Below are positions 32,734 through 34,320 of a stretch of DNA of 34,320 nucleotides, piece by piece. How positions within the stretch are numbered: the first letter of the stretch is position 1; each line of letters starts with the position of its first letter. The notes beneath the pieces are model-generated. The model was given only the letters and a program-made list of their open reading frames with translations. It ran no database searches and had not been told where the DNA came from. Position numbers and translations under genes: made by a program. The DNA is from Cyclobacteriaceae bacterium (GTDB taxonomy: Bacteria > Bacteroidota > Bacteroidia > Cytophagales > Cyclobacteriaceae): the NCBI GenBank assembly GCA_015492915.1, contig WGED01000695.1, forward strand, positions 1 through 34,320. Direction: 5' to 3'.

Positions 32734-34320
32734 ATGAGTGAACAGTTATTAAAAGCGGTCATACGGTTGTTTGCCTTGCTGGCAAGGCTTGATGGCGTGG
32801 GAGACCGGGAACGTACTGCGATGTACAATCTCATCGACTCGAAGCTGAATAAGGAAGTTGTACCCCGCTTTATGGAAATGTTCAATCATTTTGCTGTCAG
32901 CAAGCTCACGGCAGGGAAGGATCTGCTGGATGAGATTATCGCTATCGCCCGCGAGATCAACGGCCAGATCACCCATCAGCAGAAAATCGTATTGCTTTCC
33001 GATCTCACACAATTGGTCTTTGCCGATAATGTCCTTTCTGAAAAGGAGCGCAATGCCCTCTACCATATTGGGAGTGAGCTCAATATTGACACCGAAGAAT
33101 TACATGCCATCAGGAATTTCGTTACCGGAAAACATATTGATGATTTCAATTCATCGAAGATACTGATCATCACCAACAGCAAGGAGATCGTGCCGGAAAA
33201 ATGCCGTCACATTACCCCTGACGGGTATATCGATGGGTTTGTTGCTGTTTTATACCTCAAATCCATAAAGCCGTTCTTCATGAAATATTACGGCATGTCC
33301 AGCATGTTTTTGAATCAGACGCCGGTTGACAGTGGTAAAATTGTGATTGTACCGACGGGGAGTGCGCTGCGTGGCAATGGATTTAAGGCTATTTATTACA
33401 GTGATATGCTGGGACAGTTCAGGGATGATCTGACCGGTACCCGCATCACCTTCAGGGCGGAGGATCTTTACTATCAGTTTAAAAAAGGCGGTGTCGGCCT
33501 GCGGGGTGTAACACTGTCTGAAAAAAACGGCAGCCTCATAGGGATTATGGGTGCCAGCGGTGCCGGCAAGTCAACCCTTATAAATATCCTGAACGGAAAC
33601 GAAAAACCCTCTGCCGGGCGGGTCCTTATCAACGGCATCGATATTCACAGGGAAGGAGAGAAAATAAAAGGCGTGATCGGCTATGTGCCTCAGGACGATC
33701 TGCTCATGGAAGACCTGACGGTTTTCGAAAATCTGTATTACGCTGCAAAACTTTGCTTTAGCAACTATTCCGAGGCCCGCATAACCAGTCTGGTTAATAA
33801 GACACTCACAAACCTGGGATTATTTGAAATAAGAAATCTCAAAGTCGGCAATCCCCTTGATAAAATTATCTCCGGCGGACAGCGCAAACGGTTGAATATC
33901 GGGCTGGAGCTGTTACGCGAGCCGATGGTACTCTATGTCGATGAGCCTACCAGCGGATTGTCATCCAGAGATTCGGAAAATATCATGGATCTCCTCAAGG
34001 AAATATGCCTACGGGGCAAGCTTGTTTTTGTGGTCATTCATCAGCCCTCATCGGACATTTTCAAAATGTTTGACAAACTGCTCATCCTTGATGTCGGCGG
34101 CTACCCTATTTTTTATGGAAATCCCATGGAGGCGACCGTATATTTCAGGGAAGTGGCCAACCTGGTTGACAAGGAGACCGGCGCCTGTGCCGTATGCGGC
34201 AATGTAAATGTAGAGCAGATATTCAACATCATTGAAACAAAAGTGATGGATGAATACGGCATGCCCACGGCACAAAGAAAAATCACTCCCGCATCGTGGT
34301 ATGAGATTTATAAAAAAAGA
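32734..34320 (+). CDS. ABC transporter ATP-binding protein (ABCG/White-like NBD) with a TerB-like N-terminal domain; 3' end outside the window
   Basis: I checked by hand that the frame is open from ATG 32734 to the window end (529 codons). Walker A GASGAGKS (33550-33573), signature ISGGQRKRLNIG, Walker B VLYVDEPTSGLSS, and H-loop VVIHQPS. It is absent from the ORF track because there is no stop in the window. Confidence 0.9.
   Translation, partial: MSEQLLKAVIRLFALLARLDGVGDRERTAMYNLIDSKLNKEVVPRFMEMFNHFAVSKLTAGKDLLDEIIAIAREINGQITHQQKIVLLSDLTQLVFADNVLSEKERNALYHIGSELNIDTEELHAIRNFVTGKHIDDFNSSKILIITNSKEIVPEKCRHITPDGYIDGFVAVLYLKSIKPFFMKYYGMSSMFLNQTPVDSGKIVIVPTGSALRGNGFKAIYYSDMLGQFRDDLTGTRITFRAEDLYYQFKKGGVGLRGVTLSEKNGSLIGIMGASGAGKSTLINILNGNEKPSAGRVLINGIDIHREGEKIKGVIGYVPQDDLLMEDLTVFENLYYAAKLCFSNYSEARITSLVNKTLTNLGLFEIRNLKVGNPLDKIISGGQRKRLNIGLELLREPMVLYVDEPTSGLSSRDSENIMDLLKEICLRGKLVFVVIHQPSSDIFKMFDKLLILDVGGYPIFYGNPMEATVYFREVANLVDKETGACAVCGNVNVEQIFNIIETKVMDEYGMPTAQRKITPASWYEIYKKR

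Noticed and set aside
32749-34275. Track ORFs 32749-33066(-), 32858-33166(+), 33935-34207(+) and 34048-34275(-)
   Set aside because: All are overlapped by the open-ended + frame starting at 32734, which carries the complete ABC ATPase motifs. They are shadow ORFs.
1-34320. Mobile element, prophage, defence island or CRISPR array
   Set aside because: I found no transposase, integrase or recombinase. I found no long terminal inverted or direct repeats, no spacer-repeat periodicity and no tRNA attachment site. Apart from the AlbA_2/PIN-PhoH pair, the gene content is housekeeping or envelope-related.

Overview
This is a dense, mostly housekeeping chromosomal segment with clear Bacteroidota character. 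The supporting signs are T9SS PorV/PorU-type genes, a PadR-PspC pair, DUF4286/DUF2147/DUF4154-type families, a Rho with a ~110-aa charged N-terminal insertion, and TAnnTTTG-type -7 boxes close to start codons. I call about 28-29 protein genes. Two are missing from the ORF track: a 48-aa lipoprotein ORF (16154-16300) and a window-truncated ABC ATPase (32734-34320, no stop in the window). I also call several intrinsic terminators and a few candidate operator palindromes. I saw no rRNA, tRNA, CRISPR array, transposase, integrase or phage genes. Left to right the genes are: GT4 glycosyltransferase, trkH-trkA, a CarboxypepD_reg secreted protein, a RecQ-family helicase, a SAM methyltransferase, a Gfo/Idh/MocA oxidoreductase, an aldehyde dehydrogenase, DUF2147, a cytidylate-kinase-like protein, an orphan YfiR-like protein, an overlapping AlbA_2/wHTH + PIN-PhoH pair, a long A/T-rich non-coding gap with two small lipoprotein genes, rho, serS, DUF4286, a 106-aa unknown, padR-pspC, a porV-like barrel + giant C25 peptidase operon, small unknowns, a Dabb protein, two secreted unknowns, and a TerB-like/ABC ATPase. 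Three parts look most like systems and are least explained. (1) The barrel + 1,674-aa PorU-like C25 peptidase pair (24184-30295) is a candidate alternative T9SS sortase/shuttle module. It sits divergent to a PadR/double-PspC envelope-stress pair. (2) A Schlafen-like AlbA_2-wHTH gene overlaps a PIN-PhoH (PhoH2-type) gene (13489-15490), a toxin-antitoxin-like layout. (3) The 0.66-0.88 kb A/T-rich non-coding stretch at 15491-16371 contains signal-peptide stubs and a recurring 24-nt hairpin motif. All family calls come from motif recognition by eye; no searches were run.
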